Assembly (NCBI GenBank): GCA_965637545.1
Contig: OZ281496.1
Coordinates: forward strand, 25,668,001 to 25,732,000
DNA: 64,000 bases
Origin: Phallusia mammillata
Taxonomy: Eukaryota
Reading direction: 5' to 3'
The first letter of the stretch is position 1, and every line of letters begins with the position of its first letter. The notes beneath the pieces are model-generated. The model searched no databases. It saw only the letters and a list, made by a program, of their open reading frames with translations, and was not told the origin of the DNA. The position numbers were made by a program, and so were the translations under genes. Positions 61,398-64,000 of this stretch are shown here, one piece after another.

Positions 61398-64000
61398 ATG
61401 AAGATTGTATCATTTTGTATCATTGTAGCTTCGTTCATCGTCTGCATAAAAGGTAAAGCACCTGTTTACTATTCGGTAAGATATGCCAAATAAGATGTGT
61501 GATGTTTAGGTTTGAAATGTATGAACTGCTACAGTTCTGGTAGCTTTGAAGACTGCGATGTAAATGGAAAACTAAATCAATGTATGCCAAACCAGGTTAG
61601 TGAAACAGCAGACGATTTTTAAATCAAACATTAAACAAATGTTTAAATTAATATAGATTAATATTCCATTCGTTTAGGGCTCATGTGAAACAGTCGTGAG
61701 ACGCTCAGGAAGTCAAATGACTGTCATGAAAGGCTGCAAGAACTCACGAGCATGCAGGGACAACCAAATGCAGGTAAGGTATTATGTGTCACACACTTAT
61801 CTATTCCAAAAAACTTTCCATAGTAGTCATTAATGATATTATTTTCTATTCAGAACACAAGATACTCAGGTAGATCAACTCAGTGCAATGCGGATCAAAT
61901 TAATTCAGTTTGTACGTGTTGTTGCAACAAAGACATGTGCAACGCTGGAGCGCCCACTTGTGTGGAATATTACAGACCTGCACAACCTCGTAAGCCACAT
62001 GCCAGTCACGTAAGTAATATGGAACAACATATACCTTAATGTTTTTGTTTAGTTCAAGACTGTCCTCAAGTCCCTCAAAATTTTCCCCATGGCAACATTG
62101 AATGCCATAATGAGAACAGAGGTGGAGCAGTGTGCGAATATCAATGTACTGCAAAAGACTACGGTGTTTGGCCTCCAAAGCGAACTACAAACGTTTGCCT
62201 TGCGAATGGAACGTGGGCACACGAAGAGCCCTGCTGCACACGTAAGTTGTGTATGCTGAAGCTTTTAGAAGTAAATGTGCTTTTAATCGGAATGAATAGC
62301 TGCAATAAAACTATTGCGTTACACAACGTTACTTCAAAAAAGCAGATGCACTTCAGTAAAATATCCTCAAAGCAAATTCTACTTGACAACTTGTCTCTCA
62401 CAAACATTTGGAAAAAGGTTTCTTAATCTAAAAAGTGTTTAGTTGTGTTGTGCATTTTCTTGTCAGGACCGTGTCCTCCCTATTTTCTTTTCGATGCCAT
62501 TATGATGTTTCATTTCGGGGGTCCTAACGGCGAACAACAACTAGAAAACACGCTGCAGGTGTTTGGCGGGTAAGAGTTAACTTGCAAGACATGCAGATTA
62601 CAAGTGTTGTTACTTTTAGAGTTTGCGTTGCTACAAATTTTCAGTTGAAAAAACAGAAACCGATTTTTGCAAAATGAAAACGGTAGTACTGATTATTAGA
62701 GAATAAGTTTCTTCACATCACACTAACATCGGAAAAGTTGTTTCAAAAGACTTGAAATTAAAAACTTTAAAGTAAAAATTTAACAATTGTTGCCTGACTA
62801 GCGTTTTATTCTCTTATGTTGAAAGTATGGTGTTTAATGTTAGCAACAAACCAATACCTGATAGTTTATAGTTTGCAGTGTACCATTAGCAGAGGACGCC
62901 TTTAAAGAAGCTGCATTCTACTTCAGTGGCGAACCGATTGAATCGAGTGTAATGAAGTTTAACGAGTACGGAGCAAATGCAACACGCATGGTTCAATTAC
63001 TGAAAGAAAGAATTAGGGTGGTGAATGAAGGTACGACTAGCGTTCTGGTTATAAGGTGACAAATAGCACCAAAAAAATCGAATGCTTATTGTAACTGTTG
63101 GTGGCATATTGTCAGTTGATAACATCCTTTATTTAAAAGGCAGCGAAGGTTCACATATAGATTTATTACTGGCATTAGTACCAATGCGCTCATGCAAACC
63201 AGCTGTAAAGATACACCATTTTAATCACAGTAGGCCTGGTCTTTTGAAAGCGTCATACAGCTTAAAACCGGTCTGTTCAGCACCCTAAAACAACTAGACA
63301 TAGGAAACATCAAGCATGCATGGTAAAATTATCATAGTTTGACGTTAGAATGCAGGACAAATACACCATAAAACACTTTACAGGATCGGTTTTAACTAAT
63401 GGACACAGACAAATGACTGTTGAGCTCAAACGTAAGTTACAAATAAATAATTTCATTAAATTGTTTGTTGCAGGTGGCATGAATGTGGGAGCAGCCATTC
63501 AGTACGCTATGGACAATCTGTTTATTCCTGAGGCAGGTGCAAGAGACGATCGTGTACCGAAGAGTATCTCGATTATTACCAATCGGAATCCAGACGACAA
63601 CGCAAAGGAAATAGCAGAAGAAGCAAGAAGACGTGGCATTTTGGTGAAATGTTAACCGTTTAGTAAATATGGTTGTTATTGTCACCCAATGTTCACATTA
63701 GACTATAAACAAAGCTAGAAAACAAAACTTTCCACAAAGGTGGGTTAAAACATAATACAAGAGCCTATTCGAGGCTGGTGTTTACTACAAAGCAAGATGT
63801 TTTGTAGACTAAATGTGGGTACAATAAAAATGCCACATAGCAGCATGTAACCACCTTGCCCTTGACACAAGCTCGGATTTAACTGATAAAAACACAAAAA
63901 ATTTGGTAAAATTGCTTACCTGAGCGTTTGAGAAACGTGCAAGTAAGATAGAGAAATCTAAAATTCCGTTATGTTTGTTAAATTGTTTCAGATTTACTTT
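61398..64000 (+). CDS. LU-like + CCP + VWA protein, gene M (3' end beyond the window)
   Basis: Exons 61398-61452, 61510-61595, 61678-61773, 61854-61989, 62053-62241, 62467-62569, 62879-63030, 63474-63643; exon 9 starts at 63992. Closest to gene L. Confidence 0.85.

Noticed and set aside
18593-64000. Naming the array as factor B, SVEP1, selectin, matrilin/collagen VI, vCRL1, fester or vanabin
   Set aside because: Each shares at most one module or a Cys-rich character; the overall architecture does not match, so no gene symbol was given.
1-64000. rRNA, tRNA, CRISPR arrays, prokaryotic operon features, intact transposase or reverse transcriptase
   Set aside because: None seen; the sequence is intron-containing eukaryotic DNA and all mobile elements found are non-autonomous.

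Overview
AT-rich eukaryotic genomic DNA with short GT-AG introns. The gene families point to an ascidian/tunicate (inference, not confirmed). The window holds two adjacent tandem arrays, both on the + strand. (1) 1-18.3 kb: six intronless ~316-aa seven-transmembrane receptor-like genes without a DRY motif. Four have open ORFs, one has a nonsense codon and one a frameshift. Their spacers carry a GTGACGTCAC (CRE) palindrome, a uORF whose stop overlaps the receptor ATG, inverted relics of a divergent 7TM paralog and a TIR transposon. (2) 18.6-64 kb: thirteen paralogs (A-M) of a 9-exon gene that I assembled by hand. It encodes a ~390-aa secreted protein: signal peptide, 14-Cys Ly6/uPAR (three-finger)-like domain, CCP/sushi domain, and a VWA domain whose MIDAS Asp residues are invariantly replaced by His and Asn, ending in CDHxxH. 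Eleven are complete and open (B has lost the CCP exon in frame), H is a pseudogene and M runs off the window. The array shows chimeric genes, exon loss, gene conversion, several hAT/CMC-type insertions with target-site duplications, a degenerate hammerhead ribozyme and a cryptic antisense coding-like exon. No database searches were run; all family calls come from motif recognition.
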